From Candidatus Eiseniibacteriota bacterium (GTDB taxonomy: Bacteria > Orphanbacterota > Orphanbacteria > Orphanbacterales > Orphanbacteraceae), in NCBI GenBank assembly GCA_016867715.1, contig VGIW01000001.1, positions 14,141-78,140 of the forward strand: DNA of 64,000 nucleotides. The letters are read 5' to 3'. Each line of letters begins with the position of its first letter. Positions within the stretch are counted from its first letter, which is position 1. This document shows positions 18,351 through 28,200 of the stretch, piece after piece. Below the pieces are notes generated by a model, which was not told where the DNA came from, ran no database searches, and saw nothing but the letters and a program-made list of their open reading frames with translations. A program made the position numbers and the translations under genes.

Positions 18351-18383
18351 GACGGGCGCCTTCGGGCGCTCGTCTTCTCTTCG
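18351..18383 (+). terminator. Candidate rho-independent terminator after nuoN
   Basis: GACGGGCGCC-TTCG-GGCGCTCGTC forms a 10-bp stem with one G-U pair and a UUCG tetraloop, followed by TTCTCTTCG. It sits in the convergent gap between nuoN and polX. Confidence 0.4.
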
Positions 18384-18413
18384 AGGATGTACCTGGTACA
18401 CGTGTGCGACCCG

Positions 18414-20117
18414 TCAGCGGCGCTTTCTTCGGATCGCTTCGGCGAAGGCATCGGCCGGGAGCGTGTTGAGGACCGCGCACGGCCCGATCCAACCCTTGCG
18501 GGCGATGTGGACCGCGAGATCGAGGTCCCCCATCTCGTCCGGCGCGTGCGCGTCCGATCCGATCCAGATCGGCACTCCTCGCTCGCGGAGCTTGGGGAGC
18601 TCGCGCCAATCGACGTCGAGGCGCTCCTCGTGCGCGTTCAGCTCGACGGCGGTCCCCGTCTCCGCCGCGGCGTCCCAGACGGCGTCCGCGTCGAACGCGT
18701 ACGGCTCGCGTGTGAGAAGAAGCCGCCCGGAAGGGTGACCGAGGACCGTCGTGAAGCGGTTTCGCACCGCGGCGACGAGCCGCGCGGTCTGCTCCTCGCG
18801 CGAGAGACCGAAGCGCGAGTGGACCGAGGAGACGACGAAGTCGAGCGCTTCGAGGATCTCGTCCGGATAATCGAGCGCGCCGTTCGCGAGGATGTCCGAC
18901 TCGACGCCGTGGAAGATGCGGAAGGGGGCCGTCTCCGCCGCGACGGATCGCGCCTCTTCTCCTTGCGCGAGGAGGCGCTCGATCGAGAGCCCTCCCGCGT
19001 AGCCCGCGCTCCGGCTGTGATCCGCGATCGCGAGGTACTCGAACCCGAGCGCGATCGCCTTCTCCGCCATCTCTCGGATCGACGCCGTTCCGTCGCTCCA
19101 CGCGGAGTGGACGTGAACGGCTCCCCGGATCTCCTCGCGGACGAGAAGACCGGGAAGCGGTCCACGAAGAGCGGCCTCGATCTCGCCGCTCCCCTCGCGG
19201 ATTTCGGGGGGAAGGAGAGGGAGGCCGAGCGCGGCGTAGAGCGCGGCCTCGTCGCGCGCCGGAAGGAGGCGCCCCTCTTCCAGAAGCCCGTCCTCGCCGA
19301 GCGTGAGGGAGCGCTCCTCCGCGAGCCGCTCGAGCGCGGCGCGGTGCGCGGGCGATGCGACGGCGAGCGCGAGAGCCGCCCCAAAGGACGAGGGAGGAAC
19401 GACCCGGACGCGAACCGGAAGCCCCGATGCGCTTGAAAAGCGAAGGGTCGTCCCCTCAATCATCGAGCCTGGAAAGCGAGAGGCCGCCGCCGCGAGGAAC
19501 TCTGAGGGAGAGGGATGCGACGCGACCAAGGAGAGGTCGCCGACGATCTCGCGCCACCGGGCGAGATCCCCCGCGATCGCCGCTTCCGCCGCGCCGAGGG
19601 CGAGGAGCGCGCCGAGAACCTCCTCCGCATCCCGGCGGCCGGCGCGGTGAAGACGAAGGCCCCGCGACTCCGTCCAGAGGCGAAGCGCCCGCCCGAGGTC
19701 CTCGAGAAGCTTCGGACCGAAACCTTTCACTCCGGAAAGGCGTCCCTCGGCGAGCGCGCTTTGGAGATCCTCCGGAGACTCGATCCCGATCGATTCGCGG
19801 AGCGCGCGGATCCGTCCCGGCCCGAGCCCCGGAATGCGCGCGAGCTCGACGACCCCCTTCGGGATCTCCTTCCGGAGCTCGTCCAGCATAGGGATCGTGC
19901 CGGTCGCGAGGAAGTAGCCGATCTTGTCGGCGAGACCCTTGCCGATGCCGCCGATCTCCGTCAGCCGTCCCTCGCGCGCGAGGCCGACGAGATCCCCCGC
20001 CCGCTCGATCGCGTCCGCCGCCTTCTCATAGGCGCGCGCGTGGAAGGGGGAATCTCCCTTGAGCTCGAGGAGCGCCGCGATCTCTCGAAACGCCCGCGCG
20101 ACCTCTTCGTTCGACAT
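18414..20117 (-). CDS. polX: Family X DNA polymerase with C-terminal PHP domain (PolX)
   Basis: 567 aa. N-terminal helix-hairpin-helix/Pol-beta region (MSNEEVARAFREIAALLELKGDSPFHARAYEKAA...IPGLGPGRIRAL...GFGPK). C-terminal PHP (HVHSAWSDG...IADHS...). This is the only convincing minus-strand gene. Confidence 0.85.
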   Translation of the reverse strand: MSNEEVARAFREIAALLELKGDSPFHARAYEKAADAIERAGDLVGLAREGRLTEIGGIGKGLADKIGYFLATGTIPMLDELRKEIPKGVVELARIPGLGPGRIRALRESIGIESPEDLQSALAEGRLSGVKGFGPKLLEDLGRALRLWTESRGLRLHRAGRRDAEEVLGALLALGAAEAAIAGDLARWREIVGDLSLVASHPSPSEFLAAAASRFPGSMIEGTTLRFSSASGLPVRVRVVPPSSFGAALALAVASPAHRAALERLAEERSLTLGEDGLLEEGRLLPARDEAALYAALGLPLLPPEIREGSGEIEAALRGPLPGLLVREEIRGAVHVHSAWSDGTASIREMAEKAIALGFEYLAIADHSRSAGYAGGLSIERLLAQGEEARSVAAETAPFRIFHGVESDILANGALDYPDEILEALDFVVSSVHSRFGLSREEQTARLVAAVRNRFTTVLGHPSGRLLLTREPYAFDADAVWDAAAETGTAVELNAHEERLDVDWRELPKLRERGVPIWIGSDAHAPDEMGDLDLAVHIARKGWIGPCAVLNTLPADAFAEAIRRKRR

Positions 20118-20204
20118 CGTTCGTTCCTCTTCTCGAGAAAAACCTCCTCCGGCCGATCGGGTTCAGTATACACTCCGCCTCGAACGGCGGGAAAGGAAGG
20201 GACG

Positions 20205-20879
20205 ATGATCGATGATCGCGCGGAAGTTCCTCGCCCGGTGCGCGTGGAGATCCACGTGCACACGGAAATCTCGGGCGACGCCTCGAACACGTTCGAGGAT
20301 CTGGAGGCGGCGGCTTCCGAGAAGGGGATCGATGTCTTCGCGATCACCGACCACGACACGATCGAGGGGGCGCTCCGTCTTCGCGACCGCGGGAAGGTGC
20401 GGGTGATCGTCGGCGAGGAGATCACGACCGCGCTCGGGGACGTGATCGGCCTCTTCCTCGCGGAGGCGGTGCCCCCCGGCCTCTCGCCCGAGGAGACGAT
20501 GGACGCGGTGCACGCGCAGGGCGGGCTCGTCTACGTTCCGCATCCTTTCGACCGCAAGCGAAAGAGTCGGCTCTTCGCCGAAGCGATCGAGCGCTGCGCG
20601 CCGCGCATCGATCTCTTCGAGGTTCGGAATGGGCGGACGCCCTACGACGACGACAACGAGCGCGCCGCCCGTTTCGCGGCGGAGAGAGGTCTCCTCGCAG
20701 CATGCGGATCGGACGCCCACGCCCCCTTCGAGCTGGGGCGCATCTTCCACGAGGTTCCTCCGTTCGACTCCCCGCCCGATTTCCTCCGGGCGATCCGCGC
20801 GGGGCGGCCGGTCGTTCCCGCCGTTCCCCTGCGGGGCGGTCGGGGAGGCCTCTTCGGGTTTCTTCGGGGAACGGGATAG
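20205..20879 (+). CDS. Stand-alone PHP-domain metal-dependent phosphoesterase
   Basis: MIDDRAEVPRPVRVEIHVHTEISGDAS...VFAITDHDTIEG...VYVPHPFD...CGSDAHAP. It is divergent from polX across an 87-bp gap. The long ORF 19515-20879 is an artifactual extension. Confidence 0.7.
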   Translation: MIDDRAEVPRPVRVEIHVHTEISGDASNTFEDLEAAASEKGIDVFAITDHDTIEGALRLRDRGKVRVIVGEEITTALGDVIGLFLAEAVPPGLSPEETMDAVHAQGGLVYVPHPFDRKRKSRLFAEAIERCAPRIDLFEVRNGRTPYDDDNERAARFAAERGLLAACGSDAHAPFELGRIFHEVPPFDSPPDFLRAIRAGRPVVPAVPLRGGRGGLFGFLRGTG

Positions 20880-20882
20880 GCC

Positions 20883-21722
20883 GTGGCCGCGATCGAGATC
20901 GTTCGAGCGACCCGAGCGGAGGAGATCGAGGAGTGGAGCGCCGCCCTCGAGGCGGGGGGCGCAGGACTCCTCTTCTCGCGCGTGGTTTGGGCCGAGACGC
21001 TCGCCGCGGCGCTCGGCGCGTCCTGGTCGCTTCACCTCTGCCGGATCGGCGGGGAGATCGCGGGCGGGGCGCTCCTCCTCACGGAAGGCGCCTCGGGGAG
21101 AGAGCGCGTGCGGAGGTCGGCTCCGTACCCTCTCTTCTCGCTCCACGTGCTTCATCGGGAAGGGGTCTCCCCGACGCGGAGGATCCCGCAGGGGGTGGAG
21201 GTCCTCTCCTCCTTGGCGCGGGAGCTCGCGTCGGTCTACGGAAGGCCCTCGTGCGATGCGTCCCCGTCGCTCGTCGATCTTCGCGCGCTCTCGTGGGCGG
21301 GATGGAGGGTGGAGCCGCGCGTCGGGTTTTGCCTCCCCCTTTCGCGAGAGGGCGACGAATCCCCGCCTCTTGTCGAGGCGTTCTCGGGAGAACCGAACGA
21401 TCCGGTCGCACGCATCGCCCTCGAGAGGAAGATGGGGGCCGCGTACGCCGCGCGAGTGAGATCCGGCCCCGCGGCGACGCTTCTCGTTCTGCGAGGCGAG
21501 AGGCGGCTGTATGCGCTCGTCGGACGCGGGGCCGCGCGCGCGCTCCCGGCTTCGCGGAGGGTCGCGGTCGCGCGCTCTCTCTCGTCCCTTCCGGAAGCGA
21601 AGGGGAAGGAGGAGATCCTCTTCTTCGGCGACGGGTGGGAGGAATGGTTTGCGTGTGAAGCGATCGAACCCCTTCGAATCGTGCCGGCGGCCCGCGTCTT
21701 CGGGCCTGGGAGATCGCGATGA
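20883..21722 (+). CDS. FemAB-family/GNAT-fold acyltransferase-like protein (paralog 1, divergent)
   Basis: 279-aa ORF with a GTG start. It shows weak similarity to the next gene (…LLF.. / ..LVGL..GGE.AGGALL). The 4-nt stop/start overlap with the next gene is ATGA. Confidence 0.4.
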   Translation: MAAIEIVRATRAEEIEEWSAALEAGGAGLLFSRVVWAETLAAALGASWSLHLCRIGGEIAGGALLLTEGASGRERVRRSAPYPLFSLHVLHREGVSPTRRIPQGVEVLSSLARELASVYGRPSCDASPSLVDLRALSWAGWRVEPRVGFCLPLSREGDESPPLVEAFSGEPNDPVARIALERKMGAAYAARVRSGPAATLLVLRGERRLYALVGRGAARALPASRRVAVARSLSSLPEAKGKEEILFFGDGWEEWFACEAIEPLRIVPAARVFGPGRSR

Positions 21723-22726
21723 GCGCGGAGCCGGAAAGAGCCCGCCCGCTCGCGCCGGGTGAGGAGCCTCTCTGGGACGCCCTCGTCGAGGAGGCGGGGT
21801 CGACTCCCTTCTTCGCTTCGCGCGAATGGGTGGACCGGATCGCCCGCGCCTACGGGGGGAGTGTCCGCCTCGTCGGGTTGTTTCGAGGAGACGAGCTCGC
21901 GGCGGGGGTCGCCCTTCCCGTGAGGCGCCGCGCGGGGATCCCGATCGCGACCGCCCCCTACCTGCTCCCCTACCTTCCGCTCGTCGCGCGGGAGGAACGG
22001 CCGGAGGCGATCCGCCCCTTGCTCCGCTTCCTGGCGCGGACCTACCCGCTCCTTTCCCTTCTTCTTCCGCCCGGGTCCGACGACCTCCGGGCGTTCCGCC
22101 AGGAAGCGTGGGAGACGGCGTTCCGCTACACGCTTCGGATCGATCTTCGGGACGCGACCGCGGAGAGCCTTCTCGATCGAATGGAGAAATCGCAGCGCCG
22201 GCGGGCGCGGCGCGCGGAAGAAGAGGGAGCGGTCGTTCGCTCCTCCTCGAACGCGGATGAGCACTGCCGGCTCGTGCTCGCGAGCTATCAACGCCAAGGG
22301 AAGCGCTTCCCGATTTCCGAGGAGGAGGAGAGGGGGCTGATCCGTTGGGTTCTCGAGTCGGGTCGCGGGCGAGTATTCGAACTTCACCGCGACGGGCGCA
22401 CGGCCGCCACCTTTCTGATCGGCCTCGATGGGAAGCGCGCCTACTCGCTGGAAAGCGGCGTCGATTGGGAAATCGGGCGAGGCGGTGAGTCGGCGCATCT
22501 TCTCGTTCGCGCGCTCGCCGAACTTGCGGCGGAAGGAACCCCCGAGTTCGACTTTCTCGGCGTCAACCATCCGAGCATTTCACGATTCAAGGAGTCGTTC
22601 GGGGGGACGCTCGCCCGCTACCATGCCGCCGCTCCGCCCCGCCCGCTCTGGGTCCGGCTTCTCCTCCGGCTTCGGGGCGCGCCGGCGGGTCTCGAGATCG
22701 AGGGGGAAGGGGCGGCGGGGCGGTGA
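21719..22726 (+). CDS. FemAB-family (Acetyltransf_6 / BioF2-like GNAT) acyltransferase
   Basis: 335 aa. ...FFASREWVDRIARAYGG...HLLVRALAELAAEGTPEFDFLGVNHPSISRFKESFGG..., the FemAB-like C-terminal motif. Confidence 0.55.
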   Translation: MSAEPERARPLAPGEEPLWDALVEEAGSTPFFASREWVDRIARAYGGSVRLVGLFRGDELAAGVALPVRRRAGIPIATAPYLLPYLPLVAREERPEAIRPLLRFLARTYPLLSLLLPPGSDDLRAFRQEAWETAFRYTLRIDLRDATAESLLDRMEKSQRRRARRAEEEGAVVRSSSNADEHCRLVLASYQRQGKRFPISEEEERGLIRWVLESGRGRVFELHRDGRTAATFLIGLDGKRAYSLESGVDWEIGRGGESAHLLVRALAELAAEGTPEFDFLGVNHPSISRFKESFGGTLARYHAAAPPRPLWVRLLLRLRGAPAGLEIEGEGAAGR

Positions 22727-22743
22727 GATCCCCCGCGCCGGCG

Positions 22744-22772
22744 TTGACACCCCTCCCTTCGTCTGCTACATT
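22744..22772 (+). promoter_or_regulatory. Candidate sigma70-type promoter, TTGACA-17-TACATT
   Basis: Consensus -35 TTGACA (22744-22749), 17-nt spacer, -10 TACATT (22767-22772). It lies ~185 nt upstream of the 22957 CDS. Confidence 0.4.
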
Positions 22773-22956
22773 CCGCCCGCCGGAACGCCGGGGAGACGTC
22801 CCCGATCCCCGGCGTTCCCCGGCCGGGGACCGGTCGCGCCGCGATCCGTCTCCGCGCAAGCCCTGAGGACGTGCGCGCATGCACCCCGGTTCGCGATCGA
22901 TGGACAGGGGGAGGCGCGGATCGTTCGGGCGGGGAAACCCGATGGGAGGAAGCGAC

Positions 22957-23739
22957 ATGCGCCGCCCTCGCCGGATCGAGCTCGTCGTGCTCGTCTCCCT
23001 TCTGGCGGCGATCTCGTCCCGCGCGGAAATGACCGAGGAAGACCCGACCGATCTCGTCGACGGCCCGACGGCGTCGCTTCTCCCGCACGGCGCGTACGAT
23101 ACTTCTCTTCGCCTGTACGCCGGGGGCGGCGTCCTCTTCCGCTGGCGAGTCGGGATTCGCGACGCGGTGCATCTCGGCGCTTCCTTCGGCGGAACGAACA
23201 TCGTCGGGAGCGGCGACCCCGACTGGAACCCGCGCGTCGAGTTCCTCTTCCGCGCGCTTCTTCTTCGCCAAACCTACTACGGTCCGGCGCTCGCGGTCGG
23301 CTTCGACTCGCAAGGCTACGGCGCGTACAGCGGGGCCTGGAGCCGTTACCGGTTCAAGTCGCGCGGCTTCTACGCCGTGGCGAGCAAGCACTTCCTCTTT
23401 CTCGGGGACCTCGGCTTTCACGGGGGGGCGAACTACAGTCTCGAACGGGGAGACGGCCAGAAGAACCTGAACGCGTTCTTCGGAATCGAGAAGTCGCTCC
23501 ACCCGAGGGTCGATCTTCTCGTCGAGTACGACCTTGCCGCGAACGACAGCAAGGACGACGGGGTCTTCGGCGAAGGGAAGGGATACTTGAACGCCGCGCT
23601 CGTCTGGCGGATTTCAAGCAGCGTGTGTCTGGAGGCCGATTTCCGGAACCTCCTCGAGAATGGATCGGGTGAATCCGGAAACGAAGCGGCCGCGGAGTGG
23701 AGCCGCGAGCTCCAGATCATTCATCGGCAGTATTTTTAA
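22957..23739 (+). CDS. Secreted hypothetical protein, probable small outer-membrane beta-barrel
   Basis: Signal peptide MRRPRRIELVVLVSLLAAISSRA. Alternating aromatic/Gly pattern. C-terminal ...IIHRQYF with terminal Phe, a beta-barrel-like signature. Confidence 0.55.
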   Translation: MRRPRRIELVVLVSLLAAISSRAEMTEEDPTDLVDGPTASLLPHGAYDTSLRLYAGGGVLFRWRVGIRDAVHLGASFGGTNIVGSGDPDWNPRVEFLFRALLLRQTYYGPALAVGFDSQGYGAYSGAWSRYRFKSRGFYAVASKHFLFLGDLGFHGGANYSLERGDGQKNLNAFFGIEKSLHPRVDLLVEYDLAANDSKDDGVFGEGKGYLNAALVWRISSSVCLEADFRNLLENGSGESGNEAAAEWSRELQIIHRQYF

Positions 23740-23762
23740 GTCCAAAGAGAGGCGGGGCCGCG

Positions 23763-24740
23763 ATGCCGGAAGTCGCCCTCGATTTCGAGAAACCGATCAT
23801 CGAGCTGGAGAAGCGGATCGCCGAGCTCCGGCAGATCGCCGAGCAGGAAGGCCTCGAGGCGGGGAACGAGCTCCGCGAGCTCGAGAAGAAGGCGGATCAC
23901 CTCCGCAAGGAGGTCTTTTCGCGGCTCACCCGCTGGCAGCGCGTCCAGCTCGCGCGCCATCCGCTCCGTCCGTACACGCTCGACTACATCGACCGGATCA
24001 TGGAGGAGTTCATCGAGCTTCACGGGGACCGTCTCTTCGGCGACGACGGGGCGGTCGTCGGCGGTCTCGCGACTTTCGAGGGGAGGAAGATCGTCCTCAT
24101 TGGCCAGCAGAAGGGGCGGGAGACCAAGGAGAAGCTCGCGCGGAACTTCGGGATGATGCATCCGGAAGGGTACCGAAAGGCGCTCCGCCTGATGCGTCTC
24201 GCGGAGAAGTTTCGCCTGCCGGTCGTCACCTTCATCGACACGCCCGGCGCGTATCCCGGCATCCAGGCCGAGGAGCGGGGCCAGGCGACCGCGATCGCCG
24301 AGAACATCCTCGCGATGACGAGGATTCGCACACCGATGATCGGCGTCATCATCGGCGAGGGGGGGAGCGGCGGCGCGCTCGCGATCGCCGTCACCGACCG
24401 CGTGCTCATGATGGAGAACGCGATCTACTCGGTGATCTCTCCGGAGGGATGCGCGGCGATCCTCTGGGCGGATCGGGCGATGGCCGAGCAGGCGGCCGAG
24501 TCGCTTCGCATCACCGCGCCCGACCTTCAGGAGCTCGCCATCATCGACGCCGTGATCCCCGAACCTCTCGGGGGAGCACATCGGGATCCCGGGTCGGCCG
24601 CCGAGTCGGTGCGAGCCGCTCTCCGCGCGGCGCTTGACGAGCTCGCGGGAGTCCCCGTCGAGCGTCTCCTTGAGGAGCGTGCCGCCAAGTACCTGCGCAT
24701 GGGTGTCTTTCACGATCCGGGGGGCGTCTCCGGCGGGTGA
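23763..24740 (+). CDS. accA: Acetyl-CoA carboxylase carboxyltransferase subunit alpha
   Basis: MPEVALDFEKPIIELEKRIAELR...VVTFIDTPGAYPGIQAEERGQATAIA...IGEGGSGGALAI...VISPEGCAAILW. Confidence 0.92.
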   Translation: MPEVALDFEKPIIELEKRIAELRQIAEQEGLEAGNELRELEKKADHLRKEVFSRLTRWQRVQLARHPLRPYTLDYIDRIMEEFIELHGDRLFGDDGAVVGGLATFEGRKIVLIGQQKGRETKEKLARNFGMMHPEGYRKALRLMRLAEKFRLPVVTFIDTPGAYPGIQAEERGQATAIAENILAMTRIRTPMIGVIIGEGGSGGALAIAVTDRVLMMENAIYSVISPEGCAAILWADRAMAEQAAESLRITAPDLQELAIIDAVIPEPLGGAHRDPGSAAESVRAALRAALDELAGVPVERLLEERAAKYLRMGVFHDPGGVSGG

Positions 24741-24825
24741 CAGGTGTTCTTCGAAGGGGACACTCGTCCGGAACCGAGGTTGAGCCGCCAGCGTAACCAG
24801 TTGCAGGAAAAAGAGCTAGGTACGT

Positions 24826-24845
24826 CCGTCCTCGGACGAGGACGG
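24826..24845. repeat. Perfect 20-nt palindrome CCGTCCTCG-GA-CGAGGACGG
   Basis: Read directly in the accA/DUF457 intergenic region. Hairpin or dimeric-regulator operator candidate. Confidence 0.5.
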
Positions 24846-24909
24846 AACGATTCTTGCTCGCTCGTGAGCAGAACGGCTCTTGGCCGTCCGCGAGGGGGTG
24901 GATGAACGG

Positions 24910-25290
24910 ATGACCACGATCACCCACGCGGCGGCGGGGGCGGCTTTGGGGTCGCTCGGGCTGGGTTCTCCCGCGTCGTTCCTTGCCGGAATGGCGTCGC
25001 ACCTGCCGCTCGACCTCGTTCCCCATTGGGACCTCAAGAGGACATGGATCGATACCGTTCTCACCGTCGGCGCCCTCGGGGCGCTCTGGATCGCGACCGG
25101 GGCCTCCCCGCTCTTCTGGGGGGCGGCGGGAGCGGCGCTTCCGGACTTGGAGCATTTGCTCCCCCTCCGGAGGAAGTACTTTCCCGGGCACGGGGCGCGG
25201 CACGGAAGGGCGCTCGGGCGGGCGCACGCGCTCCCGCAAGCGCTCCTCTTCGCGGTCTTCGCCGCCACGGCCCTGCGCGGACTTCCATGA
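24910..25290 (+). CDS. DUF457-type membrane-bound metal-dependent hydrolase (YdjM-like)
   Basis: MTTITHAAAGAALG... N-terminus typical of DUF457, hydrophobic. Its stop overlaps the next gene start (ATGA). Confidence 0.45.
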   Translation: MTTITHAAAGAALGSLGLGSPASFLAGMASHLPLDLVPHWDLKRTWIDTVLTVGALGALWIATGASPLFWGAAGAALPDLEHLLPLRRKYFPGHGARHGRALGRAHALPQALLFAVFAATALRGLP

Positions 25291-28200
25291 GCCCGCGCTT
25301 CGCTCGCGGTCTTCTCGCCGGAGCTCTTCTTCTCGCCGCGTGGGCGCCCGCTTTCTCCGCGGCGCCCGCACTCCTCGCCGACGGTCCGGAGGGGATCTCG
25401 TTCCGATTCGTTCTCCCCGAGCTTGCCGAGGAGCGTGTCGACGGGGATCGGGTTCTTCTTCGGGCCGAGGGTCTCTCGATCCTGACCGAGGTGGGAGCCC
25501 CCGCGGTTCCCGTCCAAGAGGTTCTCGTCGCGGTTCCGCCGGGCGCGTCCGCCGTGGTCGAGGTCGAGAACGCCGAAATCGAGCGGAGGACCGATCTCCG
25601 CATCGCTCCCTTCCCTCGCATGGACCGCGAGGAGAACGCCCACTTCGAGGTCGGAGAGGAGTACGCGGGAAGGCTCTTCCCCGAGGCGTGGGCCGAGGTC
25701 TCGCCGCCGGCGCGTCTTAGGGATCAACGGGTCGTGCCGGTCCGGGTGCATCCGGTCCGCCACGACTTCATCTCCGGGACGACCGAGATCCTAAGGACCG
25801 CGATCGTTCATGTCCGTATCATCGGCGCCGCGAAGAGGTTGGGAGAGGCGCCCCCCGAGGACGCCTTCGAGCCGGTCTACCGGAAGGCGCTGGCGAACTA
25901 CGAGTCGGGGCGCGCCTGGCGCGAGAGGGGAGCCCCGCCGCGCAAGACAGAAACCGGCGACTCCTTCGCCTCGAGCGCGAACTGGTACAAGATCACCGTT
26001 TCCGAGAGAGGCCTCCATCGGATCACGACCGACGATCTCGTCGCCGCCGGCCTCTTGAACCCGCGCGTCTCCATCGGCGATCCGCGCACGATCCGGATCT
26101 ACGCGGGGAACGGGCTCCCTCTACCCGAGTCGGAGACAGTCCCCCGTCCCGAGTGGATGAAGCAGCTCGCGATCCGGGTCGCCGGCGAAGAGGACGGATC
26201 CTTCGACGCGACGGATCGGATCGAGTTCCACGCGCTCGCGGCGAGCGGATGGAGAGGAGAGTACGATCCGGACGCGCCGGAGTACTACGATCACGTCGAG
26301 CATCCGTACTCATGGACGACCGCATACTGGCTCACGTGGGGCGGGACGTTCGGGGAGGCCCCGAAGAGGATGGGCGCGCTCGCGGCCGGCCCGGACGCGG
26401 CCCCCGGCGCGATCACTCTCTCCACGTTCCCCGAGCGGATCCACGCCGAGGAGAACACGATCAAGGATCTCACGCGGATCGGCGAGGACGGTTGGTTCTG
26501 GGACAAGTTCAGCCCGACGGAAAACAACAAGAGCTTCAACGCCCTGACGACTCCCGCCTTGACGACTCCCGACGCCGACACGAGCCGTGACGGAAACGTC
26601 CGGATCCGGTTCTTCCACTACGTGGACGCGCTCGGAAACTGCGGGACCGAAAGGGCGCGGATCAACGTGAACGGCGTCCCCTCCGCGCTTCAGGAATGGA
26701 ACAGCTGCCGGACGGAGGACGGGGCGATCCAGCCCTTCGACTACGACTCGACCGCGCACTGGGTGAAGGATGGGTTCAATCAGATCCAAATCACGGTCGC
26801 CTTCCGCCAGAAGGTGTACCTCTGCTGGATTGAGATGGGCTACGAACGCTTCTTCCGCGCGCGGCGGGGAGAGCTCCGGTTCCGGCTGGTGGAGCCCGGT
26901 TCCTACCGGATCCCGATCGAGGGCCTTTCGGCCGGCGCGGCCCGCGTGTTCCGAACGGATGATCCTTTTGACGTTAAAGAACTAACCGGTCTCTCCGCGG
27001 CCGGCAACAGCCTGCTCCTTCACGCGGAGGTGTCGGCGCCGGCCTCGTTTCACGCGGTCGCCGACACCGCGTGGAAGAAGCCGGTTTCGCTCGAGAAGTA
27101 CGTTCCGCTCAACCTTCGCGAGGGAAGGGACCCGGCTGAATACCTCGTGATCGCCTATGACCCCTACATCAGCGCCGTCTCCGAGCTCGTGGCGCACCGC
27201 TCGAACGAATACTCGGCGCTCGTCGTCCCCTATTCTGCGGTCGTCAACGAGTTCTCCTGGGGGGTTCGCGACGCGGTGGCGGTCCGCGACTTCCTTTCGC
27301 ATGGATATCACGAGTGGGCGCCGGAGAAGAGGCCGGTGTTCGTTCTTCTCGTCGGGGACGCGACCTCGGATCAGAAAGGCTACATCTCCTCGACCCTCAC
27401 GACGCTCCTCCCGACTTTCTTCCGGATCGATCGGGGGGGAAGCGACACGAACACCTACGCCACCGATGACTTCTTCTCTTACCTCGACCCTGCAGAGGGC
27501 GCGGCGGACCGCATGCCGGATGTCGCGATCGGGCGCCTTCCGGCCAACTCGATCGAAGAGGTGCGAACGATCGTCGAGAAGACCGTTCTCTACGAGACCG
27601 ACCCGGAATTCGGCCCGTGGCGCAACCGTCTTCTCTTCCTCGCGGACGACGAGGTCAAGAAGGACAAGTTCGATTGCGGGTTCCTCCTGACGCACACTCA
27701 GGATATGGAATCGGTCGCGAACTCGGCGCCGGAGCCCTTCGACAAGGTCAAGGTGTACATGGTCGAGTACCCGCTGACGTCCGCGGGTCTGAAGCCGCTC
27801 GCGAAGAACGCGTACATCGGCTGGATTCGTGATGGGTTCCTCCTTTCCAGCTACCTCGGCCACGGAGGCGTCGACAAGATGGCGGACGAGGAGCTTCTCG
27901 TTCTCGCCGATGTCTCGCCGACCATTCTGACCAACGGGAAGAGACTGCACGTCTTCTGCGCGTTCTCCTGCTCGATCGGAAGCTGGGATCTTCTCGATCG
28001 GAACTCGATCGCGGAGGCGCTGCTCAAGATGATCGGCGGGGGGGCGCTCGCCTCCTTCTCCTCGGACGCCCCCGCCTTCGCCGGTGTGAGCCTCGCCCTC
28101 AACGTCGAGTTCATGAAGAACCTCCTTCCCGGCGACCACGAGGTGATTCCTCTCGGGCTCGCCGCGCAGGCGGCGAAATCGGTCTCGGGAACGAACCTCA

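Noticed and set aside
25026-25286. Upstream part of the 1453-aa ORF preceding the C25 peptidase
   Set aside because: It overlaps the DUF457 gene. A signal peptide begins at the ATG at 25287, which is the plausible start.
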